From the NCBI GenBank assembly GCA_025558095.1, contig JAIVFI010000037.1, forward strand, positions 310,001 through 374,000: a stretch of 64,000 bases of DNA, in the 5' to 3' direction. The DNA is from Hyaloraphidium curvatum SAG 235-1 (taxonomy: Eukaryota; Fungi; Monoblepharomycota). The notes below the pieces were generated by a model. It was not told the origin of the DNA and searched no databases. It saw only the letters and a program-made list of their open reading frames with translations. The stretch's first letter is position 1; each line of letters opens with the position of its first letter. Shown here piece after piece: positions 1-9,880 of this stretch. The translations under genes and the position numbers were made by a program.

Positions 1-1812
1 TGTCTCCACCTCCAGGTCGTGGGTAGAGCACAGCAACTTTTGGACATCCCTCCGGTGCTTCTCCACCCGGATCAGGGACGGTCCGATGTGGCCAAAGGTC
101 ATGTCACACATCCTCCAAAAGTGCAGTTTGTCGTTGTCCTTGAGCCTCTGTGCATTGATCTCCCGGAGCTTGCCCTTCACAAGATTCTCCACAGTCTCCT
201 TGGGCCATGAGAAAGTGTCCTTCTCCCACATCTCCCTCCCATCTTCGCCGCCATAGTATACAAGTAGTTCCCTCAGGAAGGCAGCCCAGTTCCAGGACCC
301 CTTCAGTGCCTCGATCTTGAGCTCTTTGTAAAGTAGGTACAGCGCAGGATCCGCTGTTTTGATGCGCATGAGGAACTTGAGTGCCGACTCGTGGTCATGA
401 ACTGCAAGGGGGTACTGGCCAGTGATCGCATACAGACAGGCCAGGGAGGTAGACTTGGGCAGATGAGTGACGGCACGAAGAGCCATGCATGTCACTTTGT
501 CCCTGGTGCTTTCCCCGGCAAGGTACTCCTCCTTCGGCATCTCAACAATGAACGGGTTCCCATATTGGCCCACTGCCTTGACCTTTGTGTTGTAGAGCTT
601 GAGCTGGAGGTCAGGACTCATCCCAGGCTGCTCCCTGATGTCACGGAGCCAGAGCCCATAAGCAGCGTTCATTTTGGCCTCTCTGCCATGCACATGGTCC
701 TTGCTCCGGCCGGTTGAGGTCAGCTGATACCCCAGAAGCTTGAAGCTGTCAACCCTCTTCAGCTCCTGGTCCCTGTACATGACCTTTACACGGTGAGGTA
801 TCCTCCTGGCCATCCACTCTGTCTTGCTGACGTTGATCTCCAGCCCATTGGCACTGGCATATGCAGACAAAAGATCCAGCTGCATCTTGGCATCCTTCAC
901 CGTCTTCGAGATCAAAGTGGTGTCGTCTGCAAAGAACAGAGCCAGTGTCACAGCCAGCAAGCTGACCATCCTCTCCTGATCCTCTTCCTCCTCAGACACC
1001 ATGCCCAGATCCATCCCTTTTGCACCATTGGCCTCCATGAAAGCAGTGATGTTGTTGATGAACAAGATGAAGAACAGCGACGAGAGAGGGTCCCCCTGCT
1101 TCACTCCGGTCAGGAACTTGATGAAGTCTGACTTGGTCCCGTCTTCATCCCGGAGCCGTCCCCACACCCGCCCGAACGCCATCTCGAACATGTCAACAAC
1201 CAGTTTGGGTACTCCCATCTCCTCCGCCAGCTTCTGCCATAACCTGGGGCGCTCCACCGTGTCAAAAGCCTTTGTGAAATCTACAAACACCATGATCAGC
1301 TTCTCCTTGCGTATGCGTGCCTTGGCCAAGGAGAAGAGTGCCTCGGCAAGGAACACTGCATGAAGGGTCGATCTCCGTGCACGGAATCCAAACTGCGAGC
1401 CTTCCAGCAGCTTGTTGCACTCAGCCCAGGGAGCTAGCCGAGCGTTCCAGACCAGGGAGAAGACCTTCTCCAGCGTCCTCTCTATGCTGATGCCTCGGTA
1501 GTTGCCAGCCACGTTCTTGGGCCCCTTCTTGTGCAGCATCACCAGCAGTGTCTGGCCCCAGTCATCCATCTTGACGCCATTGAGCACGTCGTTGACGAGG
1601 TTGACAACAGCTTGCTTCAGTACTGCAGTCCCGTACTTGACGAACTCGAGCCGGATCCCATCCTCGTCCTTTGCCTTGCCGTTGGGGGCCTTCTTCAAGA
1701 CCCTCTCCAGCTCCTTGAGGGTGATGGGGCGCGTACTCGGCGCTGGCCACCATCTCCATGTGGCGTACCAGCTCCGCAAAGGGTACGGGGTTGCCCTTCC
1801 GCCTCGCATAAG

Positions 1813-1900
1813 TGTTGGTTCCCGATGGTGACATGCTCATAGACGTCAGACCACTTGGGCCAGAGACGTGGTACCTTCTCTTTAGTCCAGTGGTCTAACA
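1813..1900. mobile_element. 88-bp solo-LTR-like insertion (TGTTGG...CTAACA) with 5-bp TSD ATAAG
   Basis: ATAAG at 1808-1812 and 1901-1905. The insert is absent from the homologous site of the longer LINE copy (~7319-7325). TG...CA ends with an imperfect inverted repeat. Confidence 0.75.
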
Positions 1901-3820
1901 ATAAGTCTTTCCAAGCAGTTGGTAGTGAAACAGAAAGTGTTGTTCGTCTCCAATGTGCTCAGGGTCATGCTTGCACGTTCTCTGCTGCACCTCAAGCCCT
2001 TGGTGCCTGCCTGTCTCCACCTCCAGGTCGTGGGTAGAGCACAGCAACTTTTGGACATCCCTCCGGTGCTTCTCCACCCGGATCAGGGACGGTCCGATGT
2101 GGCCAAAGGTCATGTCACACATCCTCCAAAAGTGCAGTTTGTCGTTGTCCTTGAGCCTCTGTGCATTGATCTCCCGGAGCTTGCCCTTCACAAGATTCTC
2201 CACAGTCTCCTTGGGCCATGAGAAAGTGTCCTTCTCCCACATCTCCCTCCCATCTTCGCCGCCATAGTATACAAGTAGTTCCCTCAGGAAGGCAGCCCAG
2301 TTCCAGGACCCCTTCAGTGCCTCGATCTTGAGCTCTTTGTAAAGTAGGTACAGCGCAGGATCCGCTGTTTTGATGCGCATGAGGAACTTGAGTGCCGACT
2401 CGTGGTCATGAACTGCAAGGGGGTACTGGCCAGTGATCGCATACAGACAGGCCAGGGAGGTAGACTTGGGCAGATGAGTGACGGCACGAAGAGCCATGCA
2501 TGTCACTTTGTCCCTGGTGCTTTCCCCGGCAAGGTACTCCTCCTTCGGCATCTCAACAATGAACGGGTTCCCATATTGGCCCACTGCCTTGACCTTTGTG
2601 TTGTAGAGCTTGAGCTGGAGGTCAGGACTCATCCCAGGCTGCTCCCTGATGTCACGGAGCCAGAGCCCATAAGCAGCGTTCATTTTGGCCTCTCTGCCAT
2701 GCACATGGTCCTTGCTCCGGCCGGTTGAGGTCAGCTGATACCCCAGAAGCTTGAAGCTGTCAACCCTCTTCAGCTCCTGGTCCCTGTACATGACCTTTAC
2801 ACGGTGAGGTATCCTCCTGGCCATCCACTCTGTCTTGCTGACGTTGATCTCCAGCCCATTGGCACTGGCATATGCAGACAAAAGATCCAGCTGCATCTTG
2901 GCATCCTTCACCGTCTTCGAGATCAAAGTGGTGTCGTCTGCAAAGAACAGAGCCAGTGTCACAGCCAGCAAGCTGACCATCCTCTCCTGATCCTCTTCCT
3001 CCTCAGACACCATGCCCAGATCCATCCCTTTTGCACCATTGGCCTCCATGAAAGCAGTGATGTTGTTGATGAACAAGATGAAGAACAGCGACGAGAGAGG
3101 GTCCCCCTGCTTCACTCCGGTCAGGAACTTGATGAAGTCTGACTTGGTCCCGTCTTCATCCCGGAGCCGTCCCCACACCCGCCCGAACGCCATCTCGAAC
3201 ATGTCAACAACCAGTTTGGGTACTCCCATCTCCTCCGCCAGCTTCTGCCATAACCTGGGGCGCTCCACCGTGTCAAAAGCCTTTGTGAAATCTACAAACA
3301 CCATGATCAGCTTCTCCTTGCGTATGCGTGCCTTGGCCAAGGAGAAGAGTGCCTCGGCAAGGAACACTGCATGAAGGGTCGATCTCCGTGCACGGAATCC
3401 AAACTGCGAGCCTTCCAGCAGCTTGTTGCACTCAGCCCAGGGAGCTAGCCGAGCGTTCCAGACCAGGGAGAAGACCTTCTCCAGCGTCCTCTCTATGCTG
3501 ATGCCTCGGTAGTTGCCAGCCACGTTCTTGGGCCCCTTCTTGTGCAGCATCACCAGCAGTGTCTGGCCCCAGTCATCCATCTTGACGCCATTGAGCACGT
3601 CGTTGACGAGGTTGACAACAGCTTGCTTCAGTACTGCAGTCCCGTACTTGACGAACTCGAGCCGGATCCCATCCTCGTCCTTTGCCTTGCCGTTGGGGGC
3701 CTTCTTCAAGACCCTCTCCAGCTCCTTGAGGGTGATGGGGCGCGTACTCGGCGCTGGCCACCATCTCCATGTGGCGTACCAGCTCCGCAAAGGGTACGGG
3801 GTTGCCCTTCCGCCTCGCAT
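1895..3820 (-). pseudogene. Non-LTR retrotransposon reverse transcriptase ORF within the tandem unit (no endonuclease; 80-bp deletion frameshifts the N-terminus; C-terminus cut at the junction)
   Basis: RT motifs NYRGISI, QFGFR, VFVDFTKAFDTV, GVKQGDPLSSLFF, FFADD, INVSKT, FKLLG. Bases 7165-7244 of the longer copy are missing. Confidence 0.9.
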
Positions 3821-3823
3821 AAG

Positions 3824-3911
3824 TGTTGGTTCCCGATGGTGACATGCTCATAGACGTCAGACCACTTGGGCCAGAGACGTGGTACCTTCTCTTTAGTCCA
3901 GTGGTCTAACA
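3824..3911. mobile_element. Second copy of the 88-bp solo-LTR-like insertion, duplicated with the tandem unit
   Basis: Identical to 1813-1900, with ATAAG on both sides. Confidence 0.75.
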
Positions 3912-5049
3912 ATAAGTCTTTCCAAGCAGTTGGTAGTGAAACAGAAAGTGTTGTTCGTCTCCAATGTGCTCAGGGTCATGCTTGCACGTTCTCTGCTGCA
4001 CCTCAAGCCCTTGGTGCCTGCCTGTCTCCACCTCCAGGTCGTGGGTAGAGCACAGCAACTTTTGGACATCCCTCCGGTGCTTCTCCACCCGGATCAGGGA
4101 CGGTCCGATGTGGCCAAAGGTCATGTCACACATCCTCCAAAAGTGCAGTTTGTCGTTGTCCTTGAGCCTCTGTGCATTGATCTCCCGGAGCTTGCCCTTC
4201 ACAAGATTCTCCACAGTCTCCTTGGGCCATGAGAAAGTGTCCTTCTCCCACATCTCCCTCCCATCTTCGCCACCATAGTATACAAGTAGTTCCCTCAGGA
4301 AGGCAGCCCAGTTCCAGGACCCCTTCAGTGCCTCGATCTTGAGCTCTTTGTAAAGTAGGTACAGCGCAGGATCCGCTGTTTTGATGCGCATGAGGAACTT
4401 GAGTGCCGACTCGTGGTCATGAACTGCAAGGGGGTACTGGCCAGTGATCGCATACAGACAGGCCAGGGAGGTAGACTTGGGCAGATGAGTGACGGCACGA
4501 AGAGCCATGCATGTCACTTTGTCCCTGGTGCTTTCCCCGGCAAGGTACTCCTCCTTCGGCATCTCAACAATGAACGGGTTCCCATATTGGCCCACTGCCT
4601 TGACCTTTGTGTTGTAGAGCTTGAGCTGGAGGTCAGGACTCATCCCAGGCTGCTCCCTGATGTCACGGAGCCAGAGCCCATAAGCAGCGTTCATTTTGGC
4701 CTCTCTGCCATGCACATGGTCCTTGCTCCGGCCGGTTGAGGTCAGCTGATACCCCAGAAGCTTGAAGCTGTCAACCCTCTTCAGCTCCTGGTCCCTGTAC
4801 ATGAGCTTTACACGGTGAGGTATCCTCCTGGCCATCCACTCTGTCTTGCTGACGTTGATCTCCAGCCCATTGGCACTGGCATATGCAGACAGAAGATCCA
4901 GCTGCATCTTGGCATCCTTCACCGTCTTCAAGATCAAAGTGGTGTCGTCTGCAAAGAACAGAGCCAGTGTCACAGCCAGCAAGCTGACCATCCTCTCCTG
5001 ATCCTCTTCCTCCTCAGACACCATGCCCAGATCCATCCCTTTTGCACCT

Positions 5050-7536
5050 TAGAATAGAATAGAATAGTATTGGTGACCCGGACCTGCCCCTGGCTTGGCC
5101 GCTGTTACACCATGAGTTTGCTGCTAATTGCAAAGTTCATCGTCGTCGTGTGTCTTTTTCATTTTCCCAGTTTTCCTGTCCTTCATGGACTTTGAGATGA
5201 AGCTGGCAATGGAGTTGAGGGCCTTCTCCTTCTGCCGCCTCGCTTTGATCGTGGGCTCGAACTCCTTGATGCTAAGAGCCCAGAGCCAGGTCTCCATGTT
5301 CCACTCGCGGCCTAGTGCTTCCAATCTAGTCTGCAGCTTCTTGCGCCGCTCCGCATTTGCTGAACAGTGAAACAGAAAGTGTTGTTCGTCTCCAATGTGC
5401 TCAGGGTCATGCTTGCACGTTCTCTGCTGCACCTCAAGTCCTTGGTGCCTGCCTGTCTCCACCTCCAGGTCGTGGGTAGAGCACAGCAACTTTTGGACAT
5501 CCCTCCGGTGCTTCTCCACCCGGATCAAGGATGGTCCGATGTGGCCAAAGGTCATGTCACACATCCTCCAAAAGTGCAGTTTGTCGTTGTCCTTGGGCCT
5601 CTGGGCATTGATCTCCCTGAACTTGCCCTTCACAAGATTCTCCACAGTCTCCTTGGGCCATGAGACAGTGTCCTTCTCCCACATCTCCTTCCCATCTTCG
5701 CCACCATAGTATACAAGTAGTTCCCTCAGGAAGGCAGCCCAGTTCCAGGACCCCTTCAGTGCCTCGATCTTGAGCTCTTTGTAAAGTAGGTACAGCGCAG
5801 GATCCGCTGTTTTGATGCGCATGAGGAACTTGAGTGCCGACTCGTGGTCATGAACTGCAAGGGGGTACTGGCCAGTGATCGCATACAGACAGGCCAGGGA
5901 GGTAGACTTGGGCAGATGAGTGACGGCACGAAGAGCCATGCATGTCACTTTGTCCCTGGTGCTTTCCCCGGCAAGGTACTCCTCCTTCGGCATCTCAACA
6001 ATGAACGGGTTCCCATATTGGCCCACTGCCTTGACCTTTGTGTTGTAGAGCTTGAGCTGGAGGTCAGGACTCATCCCAGGCTGCTCCCTGAAGTCGCGGA
6101 GCCAGAGCCCATAAGCAGCGTTCATCTTGGCCTCTCTGCCATGCACATGGTCCTTGCTCCGGCCGGTTGAGGTCAGCTGATACCCCAGAAGCTTGAAGCT
6201 GTCAACCCTCTTCAGCTCCTGGTCCCTGTACATGAGCTTTACACGGTGAGGTATCCTCCTGGCCATCCACTCTGTCTTGCTGACGTTGATCTCCAGCCCA
6301 TTGGCACTGGCGTATGCAGACAGAAGATCCAGCTGCATCTTGGCATCCTTCACCGTCTTCGAGATCAAAGTGGTGTCGTCTGCAAAGAACAGAGCTAGCA
6401 AGCTGACCATCCTCTCCTGATCCTCTTCCTCCTCAGACACCATGCCCAGATCCATCCCTTTTGCACCATTGGCCTCCATGAAAGCAGTGATGTCGTTGAT
6501 GAACAAGATGAAGAACAGCGACGAGAGAGGGTCCCCCTGCTTCACTCCGGTCAGGAACTTGATGAAGTCTGACTTGGTCCCGTCTTCATCCCGGAGCCGT
6601 CCCCACACGCGCCCGAACGCCATCTCGAACATGTCAACAACCTGTTTGGGTACACCCATCTCCTCCAGTTTCTGCCATAACCTGGGGTGTTCCACCGTGT
6701 CAAAAGCCTTTGTGAAATCTACAAAGACCAGGATCAGCTTCTCCTTGCGTGCCTTGGCCAGGGAGAAGAGTGCCTCGGCAAGGAACACTGCATGAAGGGT
6801 CGATCTCCGTGCACGGAATCCAAACTGCGAGCCTTCCAGCAGCTTGTTGCACTCAGCCCAGGGAGCTAGCCGAGCGTTCCAGACCAGGGAGAAGACCTTC
6901 TCCAGTGTCCTCTCTATGCTGATGCCTCGGTAGTTGCCAGCCACGTTCTTGGGCCCCTTCTTGTGCAGCATCACCAGCAGTGTCTGGCCCCAGTCATCCA
7001 TCTTGACGCCATTGAGCACGTCGTTGACGAGGTTGACAACAGCTTGCTTCAGTACTGCAGTCCCGTACTTGACGAACTCGAGCCGGATCCCATCCTCGTC
7101 CTTTGCCTTGCCGTTGGGGGCCTTCTTCAAGACCCTCTCCAGCTCCTTGAGGGTGATGGGGCGCAGCAGGTCTCCAGAAGGCGTGATCGTGGCCTTGGGA
7201 AGTGGTGGAAACGTGAGCCTTGGATCCTCCTCGATCTTGGTCACGTATTCGGCGCTGGCGACCATCTCCATGTGGCGCACCAGCTCTGCAAAGGGCACGG
7301 GGTTGCCCTTGCGCCTTGCGTGAGCCTTTCCAAGCAGCTGGTAGTACCCCTTAGGCTCTCGCCTGAAGAGTCGCTCTAGCAGCTTGGAGTTCTCTCGCTC
7401 AGCAACCCTCCGCATCCTCTTCTCCAACTTCTTCCGCTCCTTCTCCAGCTCCCGCGTCTTCCCCTGGTACTCCTTCTTCCACTCGTCCTTCTCCATGAGG
7501 GATCGCAGCTCAAGAAGGCGTGACAGCTTCCGATCG
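5050..7536 (-). mobile_element. APE-type non-LTR retrotransposon (LINE), 3' portion with short 3' UTR and (TATTC)n tail; abuts tandem unit 3 and is interrupted by the copia element
   Basis: Minus strand ends ...CCAATAC-TATTC-TATTC-TATTC-TA at 5050-5073, and the same tail recurs at 14688-14699. The reading frame stays open up to the copia LTR at 7537. Confidence 0.9.
5124..7535 (-). CDS. LINE ORF2 segment: RT domain plus C-terminal zinc-finger-like region (5' end interrupted)
   Basis: 790-aa ORF with all RT motifs and C-terminal LEVETGR...RTCKHD...DEQHFLFHC. The frame continues upstream of the listed ATG (DRKLSRLLELRSL). Confidence 0.9.
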   Translation of the reverse strand, partial: DRKLSRLLELRSLMEKDEWKKEYQGKTRELEKERKKLEKRMRRVAERENSKLLERLFRREPKGYYQLLGKAHARRKGNPVPFAELVRHMEMVASAEYVTKIEEDPRLTFPPLPKATITPSGDLLRPITLKELERVLKKAPNGKAKDEDGIRLEFVKYGTAVLKQAVVNLVNDVLNGVKMDDWGQTLLVMLHKKGPKNVAGNYRGISIERTLEKVFSLVWNARLAPWAECNKLLEGSQFGFRARRSTLHAVFLAEALFSLAKARKEKLILVFVDFTKAFDTVEHPRLWQKLEEMGVPKQVVDMFEMAFGRVWGRLRDEDGTKSDFIKFLTGVKQGDPLSSLFFILFINDITAFMEANGAKGMDLGMVSEEEEDQERMVSLLALFFADDTTLISKTVKDAKMQLDLLSAYASANGLEINVSKTEWMARRIPHRVKLMYRDQELKRVDSFKLLGYQLTSTGRSKDHVHGREAKMNAAYGLWLRDFREQPGMSPDLQLKLYNTKVKAVGQYGNPFIVEMPKEEYLAGESTRDKVTCMALRAVTHLPKSTSLACLYAITGQYPLAVHDHESALKFLMRIKTADPALYLLYKELKIEALKGSWNWAAFLRELLVYYGGEDGKEMWEKDTVSWPKETVENLVKGKFREINAQRPKDNDKLHFWRMCDMTFGHIGPSLIRVEKHRRDVQKLLCSTHDLEVETGRHQGLEVQQRTCKHDPEHIGDEQHFLFHCSANAERRKKLQTRLEALGREWNMETWLWALSIKEFEPTIKARRQKEKALNSIASFISKSMKDRKTGKMKKTHDDDELCN

Positions 7537-7752
7537 TGTTGCTGGCGATGGATGGATGTGTTTGGAGCCGTTGGATCGAGTTGGAGTTGGCCTTGGAGTT
7601 GGATGTTGGACTTGGATGGATGGGTGGATCTTGGCTAGACAATAACCTAGGAGGGCGGCTCTAAGAAAAGGGAGAATAACACAACAAACACCAGGAACGC
7701 CACCTGCTTCATCCGCACCTGTCTCTGGGCGCCTGTGACCAGGGGTCTTTGA
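7537..7752 (+). repeat. 5' LTR (shared portion; the true end may be TGACA at 7778)
   Basis: Identical to 13957-14172; starts TGTTG. Confidence 0.85.
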
Positions 7753-7814
7753 GATTAAGAGTCTCACCTGCTCTGACACGTACCTGCTACCCCTGGAAGC
7801 CCGCCCGCGACAGG

Positions 7815-9029
7815 ATGACAGCCAATGATGCCGACAAGCCCATCCTGCTCAACACCGGTGATAACATGGTCCAGTGGGACCGCAAGGCCCCCATCTACCT
7901 CAACAAGCTCGGGGTGTACGAGTACGTCGTCAACAACGTCCTCAGCCTCGACTGGCAGCTCGAGCAGGCTCGCAAGCGGGCCGCTGAGCGCGGCAACGCT
8001 CCAGGGCTGACCGACCGGCAGAGGGATGCCATCCTTATCGAGGAAGAGAAGGCCGCGCACGCGACCCTCACGGAACACAAGTTCAGGACGACGGCCGAAA
8101 AGGCCTACGGCGAGCTCATGTTGATGCTCGACGACGTCCTCCAGGAAGCATTCGACGAGCCCAAGACGGCCTACGACCTCTGGATCGCGATTCACAAGAA
8201 GTTCAAGGTTGGAAAGGCGCGCCTGGTACACGCGTCCCAGGTCCGCGTAAACAAGTGGCAGTGGGACGCTTCAAAGACTGTGGACCAGAACTTCAACGAG
8301 CTGCTCAGCATCAAGTCAGAGAGGGCTGCGCACAAGAAACCGCTCTCAGACTACGACGTGGCCCTGATGGTGACATTCACCGAAGGTTTTCCGTTCGCGG
8401 AGCTCCAAGGATTCTGGGGCCGAATCATTGACGAGGACGGACACTTCGACCAAGATGGCAAGAGCGAGAGTATAACGTTCTCGTTCAATGGCATGCGGGA
8501 TGCGGCTAACACGGCCCAAGGAAACAAGAAACCGGATGCACCTGTCAAGATGACAGTCCCGGCGACGCTCCCGCCCCCTGCTGGATTTGGACCCGGTTTC
8601 GCTGCCTATCAGCCGCACCAACAAGTTCCCCGTGGTGGTGGCAACCCCAGTCGGCCTCCGCAGCGCCCCTGGTACGAGCACGGTCGCTACGCTCCGTACC
8701 CCAGCTACAGGCCGAGCGGCATGGCTCCTATCCAAGGCCAGGGCCATGATCCTCGGATGCGCGGCCGCGGGTTGGCACGTGGCGGAGGCCGCGGCTACTA
8801 CCCCGCACCGAGGCCGATGGGCGGCCCAAGCTACCGCCCGGCTGGCGCTGCCGTTTGGAGGCCGGCTCCGGTGACCAGTGAGATCACCTGCCGCGAATGC
8901 GGCAAGCCGGGACACGTGGCATCGGCGTGCCCCGACAAGAAGTGCCACAATTGCAACGGCAAGGGGCACGTACAGCGCGAGTGCCCGTCACCGCCCCAGC
9001 AGCCGTACGCCATGCTGGCAGATGCCTAG
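7815..9029 (+). CDS. gag: Copia Gag with two CCHC zinc knuckles
   Basis: CRECGKPGHVASAC and CHNCNGKGHVQREC; TAYDLWIAIHKKF copia gag motif; ATG at 7815. Confidence 0.88.
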   Translation: MTANDADKPILLNTGDNMVQWDRKAPIYLNKLGVYEYVVNNVLSLDWQLEQARKRAAERGNAPGLTDRQRDAILIEEEKAAHATLTEHKFRTTAEKAYGELMLMLDDVLQEAFDEPKTAYDLWIAIHKKFKVGKARLVHASQVRVNKWQWDASKTVDQNFNELLSIKSERAAHKKPLSDYDVALMVTFTEGFPFAELQGFWGRIIDEDGHFDQDGKSESITFSFNGMRDAANTAQGNKKPDAPVKMTVPATLPPPAGFGPGFAAYQPHQQVPRGGGNPSRPPQRPWYEHGRYAPYPSYRPSGMAPIQGQGHDPRMRGRGLARGGGRGYYPAPRPMGGPSYRPAGAAVWRPAPVTSEITCRECGKPGHVASACPDKKCHNCNGKGHVQRECPSPPQQPYAMLADA

Positions 9030-9630
9030 ATGGAACACAGCGAGGGTGAGAATCGGGGGGGGATCCTGGGCCGAGGTGCCCGCGCCGCGAAGGGGCCGCG
9101 GTGCTCGGCGCTTGGTTGAAAAGGAGGGCCGCGGGCTCCGCGTCGCGAAGGGCCGAGGGCCAGACGCTTGAAGAAGAGGGCCGCGGGCTCTGCGTCACGA
9201 AGGGCCGAGGGCCAGACGCTTGAAGAAGAGGGCCGCGGGCCCCGCGTCGCGAAGGGCCGAGGGCCAGACGCTTGAAGAAGAGCGCCGCGAAGGGGCCGCG
9301 GGCCCGGCGTGTGGAGTGTGGGCCGCGGGCCCGGCGTCGCGAAGGGGCCCGTGTGCCCGGTGCCTGAGGCCGCGGTTGCCTGCCAGGAGGGGCCGCGGGC
9401 CCAGCGCTAGGTGTGGAGTTTGAGTGCGAGAAGTGACGGGACGCTGGGCACATCACCAGCCGCCGACGCGGGGGACCAGCGTCGGTGGCTGGTCGCGCAC
9501 GAAACCTCGCACCCTCGTCCCATTTGATGCTGATCATCTTTCTCATCTTTCTCCTCCTTTCTCCTCTCGCCCATACTTGGTGCCATGCCTGCTCTTCCCT
9601 CCGATGCCGTTTCTTTTTGTTCATCCGGTA
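9025..9630. mobile_element. 606-bp non-coding insertion with internal GC-rich 52-bp tandem repeats, flanked by AGATG direct repeats
   Basis: AGATG at 9020-9024 and 9631-9635. Removing the insert restores an open frame from gag to 9850. GGGCCGCGGG recurs at 9126, 9178 and 9230 (period 52). Confidence 0.6.
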
Positions 9631-9850
9631 AGATGGCAGTGCCGCGAACGAAGGTAACTCACCCGCCCCGCACCCCGATCGCTCTTCATCGCAGCATTGC
9701 CTGACAGCCTTTGGCTTCCTGGGATACGGCTCGATGCATGGTGACAGTGAGGGAGCCGATTTTGGCTATGTCGGCTACGACCAAGAGTCCGGCGGCGGAG
9801 TGACTTACGGCGACGCCTTCGGAGCGACCTACGGCGACGGCTTCGACAAC

Positions 9851-9880
9851 TGACTACGTAGCGGCGGGGAGGCCGCTGCG
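9851..9880 (+). promoter_or_regulatory. Putative stop-codon readthrough signal: in-frame TGA-CTA followed by a 9-bp stem-loop
   Basis: TGA 9851-9853 is in frame with pol. CGTAGCGGC (9857-9865) pairs with GCCGCTGCG (9872-9880), with one G-U pair. Confidence 0.65.

Larger units (their letters stand above)
1..5048 (-). repeat. Head-to-tail tandem array (period 2011 bp) of an internal LINE segment: partial unit 1-1923, complete unit 1924-3934, partial unit 3935-5048
   Basis: Sequence at x recurs at x+2011 and x+4022, and the ORF track repeats with the same offset. The unit junction ...CAGTTGGT-AGT-GAAACAGAAAG... joins two distant parts of the longer copy (7353-7355 and 5366-5368) through AGT microhomology. 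Confidence 0.95.

Noticed and set aside
5050-5067. (TAGAA)n as a telomeric repeat
   Set aside because: Only about three units, attached to the LINE 3' UTR in two independent copies, so it is the element tail.
1895-7496. RT as retron, DGR, group II intron or telomerase
   Set aside because: The motifs, the APE fragment, the C-terminal finger and the simple-repeat tail all indicate a non-LTR retrotransposon.
9079-9410. GC-rich repeats as a CRISPR array
   Set aside because: They are contiguous tandem units without unique spacers, there are no cas genes, and the context is eukaryotic.
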